The notes beneath the pieces were generated by a model. The model was not told the origin of the DNA. It saw only the letters and a list, made by a program, of their open reading frames with translations, and did not search any database. The translations under genes and the position numbers were made by a program. Shown here piece by piece: positions 25,340-35,065 of a stretch of 47,739 nt of DNA. Origin of the DNA: a virus (lineage: Duplodnaviria; Caudoviricetes). Positions within the stretch are counted from its first letter, which is position 1, and each line of letters opens with the position of its first letter. The DNA is taken from positions 1-47,739 of the IMG/VR virus record IMGVR_UViG_3300023171_000019; one strand, 5' to 3'.

Positions 25340-25888
25340 ATGGAGCTTATCGAAGGGAAATTCGGACTTATATCAGACATCGACGCGCAGACTATGCGGG
25401 TAAAAGTGCTTTTTCAGGACGGGGCTGACGACATAACAACAGACTGGCTCCCGATCATGGTCATGCCCGGATCTTTTTACACTCCGGCAGCTAATGATCA
25501 GGTGCTCGCTTTCATGGATCAGTATTTAGAAGCAGGTGTGGTTTTAGGCGGTGTGTATAATACAAATCCCTTCAACGACGCCGACACCATGGGTTTTAAA
25601 TTCCCGGGTGTAGAGCTTCAAATAAACAAGAAAACCGGAGCGACTGTTTTTAAAGTGTCCGGCAGCGCGACCATAGAAGCTTCTAAGTTCGACCTTAAAG
25701 GTGATTTGAATTTAACAGGGAATCTAAAAGTGACAGGCGACGCGTCTACGACAGGTAAAGTCACTGCTACCGGCGTTATCAAATCTGCTGCGGACGTAAG
25801 GACTGCGAATGTCAGCTTAAACACGCACATGCACCCGTCAGCTGCTGTCGGACCTCCTACACCTCCAACACCAGTACCGCAACCATGA
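25340..25888 (+). CDS. Baseplate spike (gpV-like)
   Basis: OB-fold TTDWLP...GVVLGGVY, beta-helix, terminal HxH (THMH). Confidence 0.9.
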   Translation: MELIEGKFGLISDIDAQTMRVKVLFQDGADDITTDWLPIMVMPGSFYTPAANDQVLAFMDQYLEAGVVLGGVYNTNPFNDADTMGFKFPGVELQINKKTGATVFKVSGSATIEASKFDLKGDLNLTGNLKVTGDASTTGKVTATGVIKSAADVRTANVSLNTHMHPSAAVGPPTPPTPVPQP

Positions 25889-26286
25889 CAGTAGTAATAT
25901 CCGACATAACCACTAAGTCCTGGAGTATTAACGTATCTGCATTAGGCGAGATCGTGGCAGACACAGAAGACGTTAAACAATGCGTCATGCTGATTGTCAC
26001 GACGGTTCAGGGTACAGTGCCTTTCCTGCCTGAATTCGGGTGTGGAATATACAACCATATCGACCGGCCTGCTCAGTCTGCGGCACCGTTAATGATCAGA
26101 GAAGTACGTAACGCTGTGGCTAAGTGGGAACAAAGAGCCTCTGTGATAAACAGCAGTTACGAAATCCAACAAAGCTTAATAAACATCACCCTTGAACTGC
26201 GTATGAATTCAGCTCGTGGCACTGATCCTGTAAGCAGTTTTTTCATTAACTTTACGCTCGATACCGAGACAGGTATATTTTCATAA
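25885..26286 (+). CDS. Baseplate wedge protein (P2 gpW/T4 gp25-like)
   Basis: TTVQGTVPFLPEFGC, AVAKWEQR. Confidence 0.9.
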   Translation: MTVVISDITTKSWSINVSALGEIVADTEDVKQCVMLIVTTVQGTVPFLPEFGCGIYNHIDRPAQSAAPLMIREVRNAVAKWEQRASVINSSYEIQQSLINITLELRMNSARGTDPVSSFFINFTLDTETGIFS

Positions 26287-26292
26287 ATCAAC

Positions 26293-27420
26293 ATGGCAGA
26301 AGTACCGAACCTATTTTACGAAGAGCCGGACGTGATCTACAACCGTATGATTTCCAGATACGGAACGCTGGTAAACAGACCTATCTTAGCTCAGCAAGCC
26401 GAGGCGCTTATATTTCGTACCATAACGTTCGAACTTGTGCTTGTCAAAGCCCAGGGCGACGGTGCTGTCAGGCAATCGCTGGCCGCAACCGCTGAGGCTC
26501 CTATGCTCGATTACCTGGCCGGTAACACAGGCTTGAAACGACTGGCAGCTACACCGGCTGTTACCACTCTGGTATTCCAGCTGTTAGCAGGTCACGGCTC
26601 TGTCATACTTCCGGCAGGAACTAAGGTAAGATCTCAAGACGGGCTTGTAGTATTTGCGACCGACGAAGAGAAGAGCGCTGCACCAGGAACTGACACCATA
26701 ACAGTTACGGCCACAGCGCTGCTTGACGGTCCTCAGGGGAATCTATACGCACCGAGTCTGATCAGTGATCTGATTGACCCGCAAGCTTTCGTAACCAGCG
26801 TAGCGAACATCGACGTTACAGCAGGAGGTGCCGACATCGAAGTATCGGACGGTTTACGGCGCAGGATCTTAATATCTCAGAATCAGTACTCGACAGCAGG
26901 TAGTAACGATTCTTATAAGTTCTGGGCTCTGACAGCTAACCCATCTATTATAGATGTGGCGGTAGTCAGCCCTAAAGATGAAGAGGGCAACTCTATCGGT
27001 GGTCAAGTGCTGCTTTATCCTTTGGTTTCGGGAGGTATCGACACGCCGCAAGCAATATTAGACGCTGTTAAAGAAGCTGTTTCCGGTGAACTGCGTAGAC
27101 CTTTGACAGATAAAGTAGACGCGTTCTCGCCTACGAAGGTTAATTACGCAATCCCTTTGGAGCTGGTTCTAAAACACGGAGCTGTACAGTCTACGACAGA
27201 AGCAGCAGTTATCGCGGCTATTACGATCTACGCACTCAACCAAGCTAAAAAGCTGGGTGCTGACGTAACAGAATCGCAGATCATTGCAGCCGGTATGAAC
27301 GGCTCTGTGCATTCAATACGCTTAACAGGTTTCACAGACGTGATCGTTAATCCTACCGAGTTTGCTGTATGTACGGAGATCAATAAAATATCAACCACTT
27401 ACGAGGACATAAATGCCTAA
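26293..27420 (+). CDS. Baseplate J protein
   Basis: LDYLAG, GGADIEVSDGLRRRI, STAGSNDSYKFWA, RRPLTDKV. Confidence 0.92.
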   Translation: MAEVPNLFYEEPDVIYNRMISRYGTLVNRPILAQQAEALIFRTITFELVLVKAQGDGAVRQSLAATAEAPMLDYLAGNTGLKRLAATPAVTTLVFQLLAGHGSVILPAGTKVRSQDGLVVFATDEEKSAAPGTDTITVTATALLDGPQGNLYAPSLISDLIDPQAFVTSVANIDVTAGGADIEVSDGLRRRILISQNQYSTAGSNDSYKFWALTANPSIIDVAVVSPKDEEGNSIGGQVLLYPLVSGGIDTPQAILDAVKEAVSGELRRPLTDKVDAFSPTKVNYAIPLELVLKHGAVQSTTEAAVIAAITIYALNQAKKLGADVTESQIIAAGMNGSVHSIRLTGFTDVIVNPTEFAVCTEINKISTTYEDINA

Positions 27421-27982
27421 CGAATTCAATCTAGCTACACCTCTGGCTAACAACCCGAATATAACGGCAATCATACAGGTTGTGCGCGAGGAGCTTGCTT
27501 TGATCGATTTCACTAAGCTGCTGGTTTATGCTTTCGAGATCGTAGACGAGAGCTTAATCGATGTGCTTTTAGAACAGTTCGATATGAAGGGCTATAACGG
27601 TGAGATTCTGGCCGATTCTGTGCAGGCTAAACGGGAGCTGCTTAAAAGTGCTTTCGAGCTGCACATACTTAAAGGCACTCCGGGCGGTATCCGAGAAGTA
27701 GTTAAGCGTCTGGGTTTTGTCGATATCAAGATTATAGAAGGATGGGAGAATTTCGACGACGGATCGCCGGAGCCTGCTGTAAACTCATGGTCTCATTTTA
27801 AGGTCGTGTACATGCTCCCGGACGGTAGAGAGGTTACGAATCTTACTGCTGTAGACTTAGCGGGTCTGCTCGGAAACTACAAAAACGCCCGGTCAATTCT
27901 GGCTAATTTCAGCTTTGGGCTTCCCAGGACCGAAGCGCTTTTCATAACAGAAACAGTTAATCTAACCATAATAAACGTATGA
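27413..27982 (+). CDS. Baseplate/tail protein I (P2 gpI-like)
   Basis: KRELLKSAFELHILKGTPGGIR, YKNARSIL. Confidence 0.85.
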   Translation: MPNEFNLATPLANNPNITAIIQVVREELALIDFTKLLVYAFEIVDESLIDVLLEQFDMKGYNGEILADSVQAKRELLKSAFELHILKGTPGGIREVVKRLGFVDIKIIEGWENFDDGSPEPAVNSWSHFKVVYMLPDGREVTNLTAVDLAGLLGNYKNARSILANFSFGLPRTEALFITETVNLTIINV

Positions 27983-28473
27983 TCGACAGATCAGGAATTT
28001 CAGGAAACGTTCACTTAAAGATAGTAGACGCTCAAACCGATCAGATCCTTGAAGAATCTATCGAACATAATCTTGTGGTGGCTGTCGGACTGTCCGAGCT
28101 TTTAACAGCTTTGAAACCTGGTAATCCGGCCATAGCTTTTGACTCTGTTAAATTTAACTTTAATAACAACGCTGTAGCCTGGTCTAACGAAGACACGGTG
28201 GGCGGCTCGATAGATAAGACTTTAACAAACACGGTCGTGAGCGTAGGGCCTACACCTCAGAGCGGGTGTTCGATTACATGCTCTTTCGAGCTTCTGGCGA
28301 GTGAGTATAACGGAAACACCATAAACGAGCTAACGCTTTGGCTTAAAGGCGGCGTGCCCGGTTCAAGCGTTAAAACTCTTTTCAGTCGGATACGAAGAGC
28401 TAACATCGCTAAGACTTCGTCGATACGCATCGAAGGGACGTGGACTATTAACTTTTCAGTTGTCGTAGCATGA
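27979..28473 (+). CDS. Short tail-fibre attachment/collar-like protein
   Basis: HNLVVAVG, EYNGNTINELTL, LFSRI, KTSSIRIEGTWTINF; occupies the tail-fibre position. Confidence 0.65.
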   Translation: MIDRSGISGNVHLKIVDAQTDQILEESIEHNLVVAVGLSELLTALKPGNPAIAFDSVKFNFNNNAVAWSNEDTVGGSIDKTLTNTVVSVGPTPQSGCSITCSFELLASEYNGNTINELTLWLKGGVPGSSVKTLFSRIRRANIAKTSSIRIEGTWTINFSVVVA

Positions 28474-29504
28474 TACTCTTAGAAGAACAGGATTTCGAAG
28501 ATTATGTGGTTTTCTCAGGAGGAGGAGCCGGAGGTATAGGCCAGTGGAACCAGTATAAGCATTGGAAATCGCTCGGAAACAAAGCAGTTAAGTTCGCCGG
28601 GGCTAGTGCCGGAAGCCTTAACGCGCTACTGGCTTCACGTGGCCTAGACCAAGTAGCTGACGAGCTGTACAACATAGCTTACGACGGCAGAGCTTCTAAT
28701 GTGTTCGGCTCTGAGCTGGCGCATCTTGACGGTAAGTTGAGTGTAGATGTAGGAGCTGTTAAAGATGTTGTGCTTAAAGGTATCAACGTTTGGGACGTTC
28801 CGAAACTAGTCACGAAGAAGGGCCAGAAAAAGCTTATGCAGCAGCTTACTTCCAATGTCCTGGGTATTCAGTCGTTGCTTAATAATAGACCGCTTCTGCA
28901 ATCGGTAAAAGACATCCTGGCGATGCCGCATCCTGACGACTGCGAAATGATCTTCGGGGTTGTCAATCTTTTAACCGGACAACCTCAGAGGCACACGCTA
29001 TCAGAATTCGACGATATGGACATGGCCGCTCTGGCGATTGTTGCATCTACTACTATTCCGGTTATCCTGCCGCTTGTGCCTGGTTACACAACCAAAGAAG
29101 CCTCGTATAAAATGCTGGGTGACGGAGGTCTCAGAGACGGGAGCCCTATCGGTAGCATGCTGAAAGGCTTAGATCCAAACAAACGGGCAAGGATCACAGT
29201 TTTTAACATAAACCGTAGAGAACTTGCCACAGTTGAGGAGTTAAGCAGCGCAGTGGCCGTAGCAGGTCGTACGCTTCAAATAGCGCTTAATCAGATACTT
29301 ATTAGTAATTTAGAGGTGATTTTGGAGCGGAACAAGATTGCTTTAACCTACGGCGAACGGCCTGGGTACAGATATGTTCCTATACGGATAATCGAGGCGA
29401 GTCATAACAGGTCTGTTCTCGACTTCTCACGCGAGAGCGCAGAGGAGCAAATACGGACAGCTCCCGGCGATGTAGATCGGACGCTCGCAATACCTTTTAC
29501 TTAA
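28470..29504 (+). CDS. Patatin-like phospholipase
   Basis: SGGGAGG oxyanion loop, GASAG catalytic Ser, ASTTIP, DGG catalytic Asp. Confidence 0.9.
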   Translation: MILLEEQDFEDYVVFSGGGAGGIGQWNQYKHWKSLGNKAVKFAGASAGSLNALLASRGLDQVADELYNIAYDGRASNVFGSELAHLDGKLSVDVGAVKDVVLKGINVWDVPKLVTKKGQKKLMQQLTSNVLGIQSLLNNRPLLQSVKDILAMPHPDDCEMIFGVVNLLTGQPQRHTLSEFDDMDMAALAIVASTTIPVILPLVPGYTTKEASYKMLGDGGLRDGSPIGSMLKGLDPNKRARITVFNINRRELATVEELSSAVAVAGRTLQIALNQILISNLEVILERNKIALTYGERPGYRYVPIRIIEASHNRSVLDFSRESAEEQIRTAPGDVDRTLAIPFT

Positions 29505-29528
29505 CATCAAACTTTTAAATATAAAACA

Positions 29529-29948
29529 ATGGAAGGCACAACACAAACAGCTGATCTTAAAAATCTATTCGGTCCTGCGGCTACTAACACACCAGCGACA
29601 CAAACACCGCAAGGCCCTGGAACTACTCAAACGCCTGTAGTTCCAGCTACTATCGACGCTGCAAAGGTCACGACCCCTACGAAAGCCGCCGATAAAGGCA
29701 AAGAAACTGCCACAAAGTCGAACACACCTGTAAAAGCTACCACGCCTGCTACCGCGCCTGAGCAGTCAAAATCAGAAGAGGTAGACGAGGAAAAGAGCTT
29801 GAAAAACGTACAGGAAAGACTAGGACGTGAACTTGACGAGAACGAGCAGGTTATCTACGATCTTGTTAAAAACGATCCGAAGTACATGTTCTTTGTGTCT
29901 AAGGGCAAGCTTCAAGCTAAAACACTTGATTCGAAGTACATTAATTAA
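29529..29948 (+). CDS. Hypothetical protein with Thr/Pro/Ala-rich N-terminus
   Basis: 139 aa with an AT-rich leader. Confidence 0.7.
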   Translation: MEGTTQTADLKNLFGPAATNTPATQTPQGPGTTQTPVVPATIDAAKVTTPTKAADKGKETATKSNTPVKATTPATAPEQSKSEEVDEEKSLKNVQERLGRELDENEQVIYDLVKNDPKYMFFVSKGKLQAKTLDSKYIN

Positions 29949-30385
29949 CGACGGTTTCTCTTTACCGGAAGCGGGTAAGGGTTCGTAACGTTAATGACGA
30001 TAGGACGGGGAGACGTATCGATGCGGTAGACTTTATCTATCCTCTGTACGTCTCTTTCTTTTTCAGCAGTGGCTTTCTTAAGGTTGTCCGAAGCTGATTT
30101 TAAGGTTTGTTTAATGTTGTCAGCTTTAACATTCAACTTGCTCAGGTCTTCAAGGCTCCTGGCAGCGGTGTCTTTAACTGCGTCATACTCGACAGTTTTC
30201 TCGCTGTTGATCCTGTTAAGCTTGATCAGCTCTACAACTTGAGAATCTTTTTTGGGAACTGGTATTGTGTCAGCCTGGCTGAACGCAGACGTGATAGTGA
30301 AAACACACATGATAACTGTGAAACCAGCGATAAAGGTGAGAAGGCTGATAGCGATTACTCTTAAAGCGAGAATTTTAGTTTTCAT
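29945..30385 (-). CDS. Membrane-anchored coiled-coil protein (possible spanin-like lysis accessory)
   Basis: N-terminal hydrophobic helix followed by a coiled coil. Confidence 0.5.
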   Translation of the reverse strand: MKTKILALRVIAISLLTFIAGFTVIMCVFTITSAFSQADTIPVPKKDSQVVELIKLNRINSEKTVEYDAVKDTAARSLEDLSKLNVKADNIKQTLKSASDNLKKATAEKERDVQRIDKVYRIDTSPRPIVINVTNPYPLPVKRNRR

Positions 30386-30803
30386 TTTTTAAATTGTTAA
30401 GTATTTCTTTCTTCAATTTAGTAGCGGACTTATCTATCCCGTTAAATTTCTGTTCCAGTCCGTATTTCTCAGACTCGAGCTGCTTGATAAAAGCTTTGCG
30501 GTCGGCGATAGCTGCGTCCTTGATAGCAATCTCGCGCCGGAGGCCGTCTGCTGTTACAACACCTACCAGCGTGATAAGAGAGTCTTTATCAGCTTGTAAA
30601 GATGCGATATCTTTTCGAAGGTTGTATACGTCAAGGGTAAGTTTTTCGTTAACGGCAGTATTTTTCTGCTCGCCGGAAGTGAAAAGGAATTTGATAGTCA
30701 TTCCTAAGAAGCATATAGCAATAATGCAGAGGATCAAAGCGGCCTGTTTTGGATACTTTAGTGCTCTGTCTACAAGACCGACGAGAATTTTTTCAATCCA
30801 CAT
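30375..30803 (-). CDS. Membrane-anchored coiled-coil protein (possible lysis accessory)
   Basis: Single transmembrane segment (AALILCIIAICFLGMTI) then a long coiled coil; overlaps the next gene. Confidence 0.5.
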   Translation of the reverse strand: MWIEKILVGLVDRALKYPKQAALILCIIAICFLGMTIKFLFTSGEQKNTAVNEKLTLDVYNLRKDIASLQADKDSLITLVGVVTADGLRREIAIKDAAIADRKAFIKQLESEKYGLEQKFNGIDKSATKLKKEILNNLKNEN

Positions 30804-30845
30804 ATTTGCAGCGGCGGGGTTACTGACCGTAAAAACTGCAAGATA

Positions 30846-31247
30846 CTAAGCGGCTTGTTCTTGTAATAATTTTTGTTCGTATTTTCTTATAACCTGATTG
30901 ACTTTTTTAAAGCTTTCAATCTGTCTCGGGTCGCCTTTATCTTCCCATATCCGGGCAGTCTGTACCGAATACCCTACCTGTAAAAAAAGCATAGCCACAG
31001 CGTCTCTGGTGAGTAAGTTCTTCTTAATCAGAATGTAGGAAGATTCGCCAGGTGAAACTTTGTTGTAGTCTACCCCCACCGTTTTAAGCATTTTAATCCA
31101 GCGGCTCACGGTCTTAGATTGCGGGATAGGCTTAGACCAGTTGTGCAGGTTTTCATATAGCACGTCGGCTTCTTTCATAAGATCAGCTGCCGGAATAACG
31201 TCTTTCAAGTTTTCAACTCTTGCAACTAGTGATATATACGGGTCCAT
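30846..31247 (-). CDS. Hypothetical protein (possible regulator), divergent from the replication operon
   Basis: 133 aa; SKTVSRWIK suggests an HTH-like helix. Confidence 0.55.
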   Translation of the reverse strand: MDPYISLVARVENLKDVIPAADLMKEADVLYENLHNWSKPIPQSKTVSRWIKMLKTVGVDYNKVSPGESSYILIKKNLLTRDAVAMLFLQVGYSVQTARIWEDKGDPRQIESFKKVNQVIRKYEQKLLQEQAA

Positions 31248-31269
31248 AAAAATTTATTATATAATTTGT

Positions 31270-31303
31270 TTGCAAATAAAATAACTTTCCTGCACATTTG
31301 CAA
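31270..31303. promoter_or_regulatory. Overlapping divergent promoter candidates
   Basis: Plus strand TTG-N20-CACATTTG; minus strand TTG-N20-TTTATTTG; each deviates by one base from TAnnTTTG. Confidence 0.5.
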
Positions 31304-31345
31304 ACGAAATCATTCAAGCATTTTAACTAAAACAAAAACAATTTT

Positions 31346-32005
31346 ATGTCAAAGCACAAACTTACACTCGCCGGGACGTTGGCGTTCATCCACGCCGTAA
31401 CATCTTTTGCTCAGGATTGGCAGAACGATAACGAAGGACCTGACGAGCTGGAACAACCACAAACGCCGGTAGTGCAACCCAACTTCGGAGGTGTACCAGT
31501 CCCGACAACTGAGGCAAGTGAAACACCAAAGAAAACACGTGAGTCGGCAAAAGCGAAAGCTGAGCGTTTAGCCAAAGAGGCTGAGGCTGAGGCCGCGTCT
31601 CAACCGGTCCAAACAGTTCCTCTACCTGACTTCTTGCAAGCATCCGCAGCCCAACCCCAGACAGACCCGTTCAGTCAGCAGGCAGCTATCAACGCATTTC
31701 AGCAGGCGGCACCTAATCCGTTCGCTCCTGTGCCTGATCCCAGCGCTCAGGCTTGGCTTACTCCCGCCCCGGCTATGGTGGCAGCTCCGGCACAGTCCGT
31801 GGTTCAGGGAACGCCGGTAATCCCTGCGCTTTCAGAGCTTCACCAGATGTTAGGTGTTCTGGCTAACGATGGAGCACACCGTCAGCTCGTAGAGATGTAC
31901 TTCAAAAGCTTAGGGGTAGCTAATCTGCAAAGCGTTCCTCAGGATAAATTCGAAGAGGCTAAGAGCGTTTTCCAAAGAATCCTATCAGGAGAAATTCACC
32001 TATAA
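31346..32005 (+). CDS. Pro/Gln/Ala-rich protein with small C-terminal helical domain
   Basis: C-terminal FKSLGVANLQSVPQDKFEE resembles the small gene usually found upstream of DUF2800 in APSE-like modules. Confidence 0.7.
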   Translation: MSKHKLTLAGTLAFIHAVTSFAQDWQNDNEGPDELEQPQTPVVQPNFGGVPVPTTEASETPKKTRESAKAKAERLAKEAEAEAASQPVQTVPLPDFLQASAAQPQTDPFSQQAAINAFQQAAPNPFAPVPDPSAQAWLTPAPAMVAAPAQSVVQGTPVIPALSELHQMLGVLANDGAHRQLVEMYFKSLGVANLQSVPQDKFEEAKSVFQRILSGEIHL

Positions 32006-33168
32006 TGAGTGATCATGCACTTCTCGGCCCTTCTAAGTCTAAGCAGTGGCTCACTTGTACGCCGTCCGTCCGGGCTGAAACCGGGTATCCGAACGAGTCA
32101 AACGAAGCCGCTGAGGAGGGTACGCTCGCGCATGACATTTGCGAGGTTCTGATCAAAGAACGCCTCGGTAAAATCACAAAGCAGAAAGCCGTTTTCGATT
32201 TCAATGCGCTTATCAAAGGTAAACTCAGTAAGTACTACAACGCTGAAATGCTCGAATACTGTAAAGGCTTTCTCGCTTTTGTGATGGAAAAATGGTCGTA
32301 TGCGCTTTCAATCGATCCAAGAGCTGTTATCATTATCGAAGAGCGTTTTGAGCTTGCACGATGGATTCCTGAAAGCTTTGGGCGCACAGACGTGACTATT
32401 ATCGCCGGGCACCTTATGGTCGTAATAGATCTGAAATACGGCCAGGGTGTAAGAGTAGAAGCGAAAGGCAACACACAGACCCGTCTATATGCGCTGGGAG
32501 GTCTCGACAAGTTTAAAAGCGTGTATCCGATACAAGAGGTTGAGATGCACATTTGGCAACCGCGCTTACAGAACTTCGGAACTGACAGAATCTCAGCTTA
32601 CGAGCTGTGGGAATGGGCCGAAACGTTTGTCAAGCCTCGTGCTCAAAAAGCTTTTGTGGGTTTGGGAGATTACGAGGCTGGCGACCACTGTAAGTTTTGC
32701 AAAGCTAAACCTAGGTGCCGTACCGCTTCCGAGTATGCAAGGACTCCGGCAGGTCGTGTGAACTTCGCAGATCCGAATACGCTGACCGATGAAGAGATCG
32801 CAGAAATAGCTTTAACGCTGCCGCTGCTTATGAGTTACGGAAAAGATGTAACAGCTTACATGCTTACAAAAGCCCTTGCACAGGGTAAACAATGGCCGGG
32901 CTTCAAACTTGTTGAGGGTCGTAGTAACCGTCAGATTGTGGACGAACAAGCCGCAATTCTGAAACTTTACAACAAAGGGTATAAAGAAGTTTACGACACG
33001 AAAATCAAACCGTTTGGTCAGTTAGATGCGATTGTAGGAGCTACAAACCTTTCAGAGATCTTAGGAAATCTGATCGTTAAGCCCTCAGGCAAACCGACCT
33101 TAGTGCCAGACGGAGACACGCGGACTTCATACCAAACAGCAGCAAGTGAATTTAAACCATTAGTTTAG
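32005..33168 (+). CDS. DUF2800 family Cas4-like PD-(D/E)xK nuclease
   Basis: HALLGPS..QWLTCTPS, EGTLAH, FGRTD, IDLKYGQG, QTRLYALG, CKFCKAKPRC, GFKLVEGRSNR. Confidence 0.92.
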   Translation: MSDHALLGPSKSKQWLTCTPSVRAETGYPNESNEAAEEGTLAHDICEVLIKERLGKITKQKAVFDFNALIKGKLSKYYNAEMLEYCKGFLAFVMEKWSYALSIDPRAVIIIEERFELARWIPESFGRTDVTIIAGHLMVVIDLKYGQGVRVEAKGNTQTRLYALGGLDKFKSVYPIQEVEMHIWQPRLQNFGTDRISAYELWEWAETFVKPRAQKAFVGLGDYEAGDHCKFCKAKPRCRTASEYARTPAGRVNFADPNTLTDEEIAEIALTLPLLMSYGKDVTAYMLTKALAQGKQWPGFKLVEGRSNRQIVDEQAAILKLYNKGYKEVYDTKIKPFGQLDAIVGATNLSEILGNLIVKPSGKPTLVPDGDTRTSYQTAASEFKPLV

Positions 33169-33207
33169 TAGAGCACCTTAAATAATCTTTAAAAACAAAT
33201 CAATCTT

Positions 33208-34137
33208 ATGTCACGAATAGTAATAGGTCCCAAAGCGCGTTTTTCTTACGCGTCAGTCTTAGCCCCTGATCCGAGAGACGGGAAATATCAGGTAGATGTT
33301 CTGATTAATAAACAAGATACTGAAACGCTTAACGCCGTATTTGCAGCGTATAGCGAGGCTCTGGCTTCTGTTCCAAACGATGCACGTTTTAAAAACGTCA
33401 CTACCCAACACCCAAGTTTTAAACAGTGTCTTAAGGACGGCGATGTTTGGAAGCCTAATGACCACAATTACGCAGGTCATTGGTATTTCACAGCTAAAAA
33501 CACTCAAAAACCAGAAGTGGTAGGACCGGCTCTCGAACCGCTTGTATCGGAATCTCAGTTTTATTCAGGCTGCTACGGTAATGTGTCTGTAGAATTCAGA
33601 ACTTACGCACCTTCTGCTCAGTATCCAAGTTTAGGTTACGGCGTAAACGCTAAATTGGGTAATATTCAAAAAGTCTCTGACGGTGAAAGATTATCAGGAG
33701 GGGCCGCAGCAATTCAGGAATTTAAACAGACAGGACCGCCTACAACAGCTGCACCGATCGCGGGTTATGGAGCTCAACCAGCACCAGCGCAACAAGGTTT
33801 CCCAGCTCAGGCACCTGTTCAGCAGTGGGGCGCTCCGGTTCCTCAGCCTGCCCAGCAGCCAGCACCAGGAGCTTTCCCTCCGGCAGCTAATCCGTTCGCT
33901 CAGCCTCAGCAAACTCCTGCACCGCAGTGGGGTGCTCCGGCTCCTCAGCAAGCACCAACCGCTCAGCCCTGGGCTCCTGCGCAGCAGCCAGCACCAGGCA
34001 ACCCGTTTGCTCCGCAACAACAAGCACCGCAAGCAACACCAGCTTATCAGGCTCCTGTTAACCCGGCAGCTCCTGCGCCTGCATTCCCTGGCGGCGCACC
34101 GGCTCCGGCACCTCAGCCTTGGGAGTATCCAAGATAA
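33208..34137 (+). CDS. DUF2815 family ssDNA-binding protein with long P/Q/A-rich tail
   Basis: ARFSYA, LKDGD, FYSGCYG, LGNIQKVSDGERLSGG. Confidence 0.9.
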   Translation: MSRIVIGPKARFSYASVLAPDPRDGKYQVDVLINKQDTETLNAVFAAYSEALASVPNDARFKNVTTQHPSFKQCLKDGDVWKPNDHNYAGHWYFTAKNTQKPEVVGPALEPLVSESQFYSGCYGNVSVEFRTYAPSAQYPSLGYGVNAKLGNIQKVSDGERLSGGAAAIQEFKQTGPPTTAAPIAGYGAQPAPAQQGFPAQAPVQQWGAPVPQPAQQPAPGAFPPAANPFAQPQQTPAPQWGAPAPQQAPTAQPWAPAQQPAPGNPFAPQQQAPQATPAYQAPVNPAAPAPAFPGGAPAPAPQPWEYPR

Positions 34138-34161
34138 TTTTGTTTTAGTTTAGTGATTCAG

Positions 34162-34195
34162 GAAATAGGGAGTTTAACAGCTCCTTATTTCTTTT
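34162..34195 (+). terminator. Intrinsic terminator
   Basis: GAAATAGGGAGTT/AGCTCCTTATTTC hairpin followed by TTTT. Confidence 0.65.
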
Positions 34196-34209
34196 AAACC
34201 TTACATCTT

Positions 34210-34560
34210 ATGTTCCTCAAAATATTATTTTTCTCTTTTGCTGTACTCGCAATTTTATGGGAGTCTTACAATGTGCTTGATCACAAAACAATTACCTCAG
34301 CTTTAAGAGCGGCAAAGGGTTTGAAGTTCGACGAACTTTCAGAAAGAATGCAAAAGTTCAAAGGCTGGAATGGGCTATACTGGATATGGGCTATAGTCGG
34401 TCTTTTTTCAAGTCAATGGGTACTTTTCCTGGTATTTCTTTGGTGGACGTTTTTTAGCCACTTGGTTAAACCGCCGCGATACGTCAAGGGTTTTATTTCG
34501 ATGTGTATATTAATTTTTATCGTTGTTAACGCGTTTCACTTACACATTAAATTTTATTAA
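34210..34560 (+). CDS. Small integral membrane protein
   Basis: Three to four hydrophobic segments in 116 aa. Confidence 0.7.
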   Translation: MFLKILFFSFAVLAILWESYNVLDHKTITSALRAAKGLKFDELSERMQKFKGWNGLYWIWAIVGLFSSQWVLFLVFLWWTFFSHLVKPPRYVKGFISMCILIFIVVNAFHLHIKFY

Positions 34561-34564
34561 ACTA

Positions 34565-35065
34565 ATGATTACTTACATCATATCAGGACCTCAGGGCTCA
34601 GGGAAATCAACCCTTGCAAAAACAATAGCGGACGGGAAAGGTCCTGCAATTTTTGAAACCACAGAAGCGCAATTCGATATGCAACGTCTGCGAGGTTTAC
34701 GTTACGCAGCTATAATAGTCGAGGGGGTCAACTTCAAAAGCTCGGCACTAAAGGAGTTCACGGAAACCGCAGATCGAGCAGGCATTCTTATTTTAGTGAC
34801 CAATACCCCTGTACCTAAGGATTTAAAAATCCCTAATTTGAGAGTTATTAACCTTACTGAACCGTCTAAGGCTAACGTTAAATCTAAGTTTTCACAAGCC
34901 GAAATTAGTGCTGCGCGAAGGACTTACAATGCGTATTTAAATTCCCTTTCAGCTACGTATTCTGCTTTTTTAGATGAAGAAACACAGAAAGGTTTTTCAG
35001 ATTCAAAATATGACATAGATTCAACTCCTTCGAAAATAGTAAGGTCTGACATCGAACTTAAATGA
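34565..35065 (+). CDS. P-loop NTPase/kinase-like protein
   Basis: IISGPQGSGKST Walker A, AIIVEG; start ATG 34565. Confidence 0.75.
   Translation: MITYIISGPQGSGKSTLAKTIADGKGPAIFETTEAQFDMQRLRGLRYAAIIVEGVNFKSSALKEFTETADRAGILILVTNTPVPKDLKIPNLRVINLTEPSKANVKSKFSQAEISAARRTYNAYLNSLSATYSAFLDEETQKGFSDSKYDIDSTPSKIVRSDIELK

Noticed and set aside
32005-33168. Cas4-like gene as evidence of a CRISPR system
   Set aside because: It is the DUF2800 nuclease of the standard DUF2800-DUF2815-PolA module; there is no array and no other cas gene.
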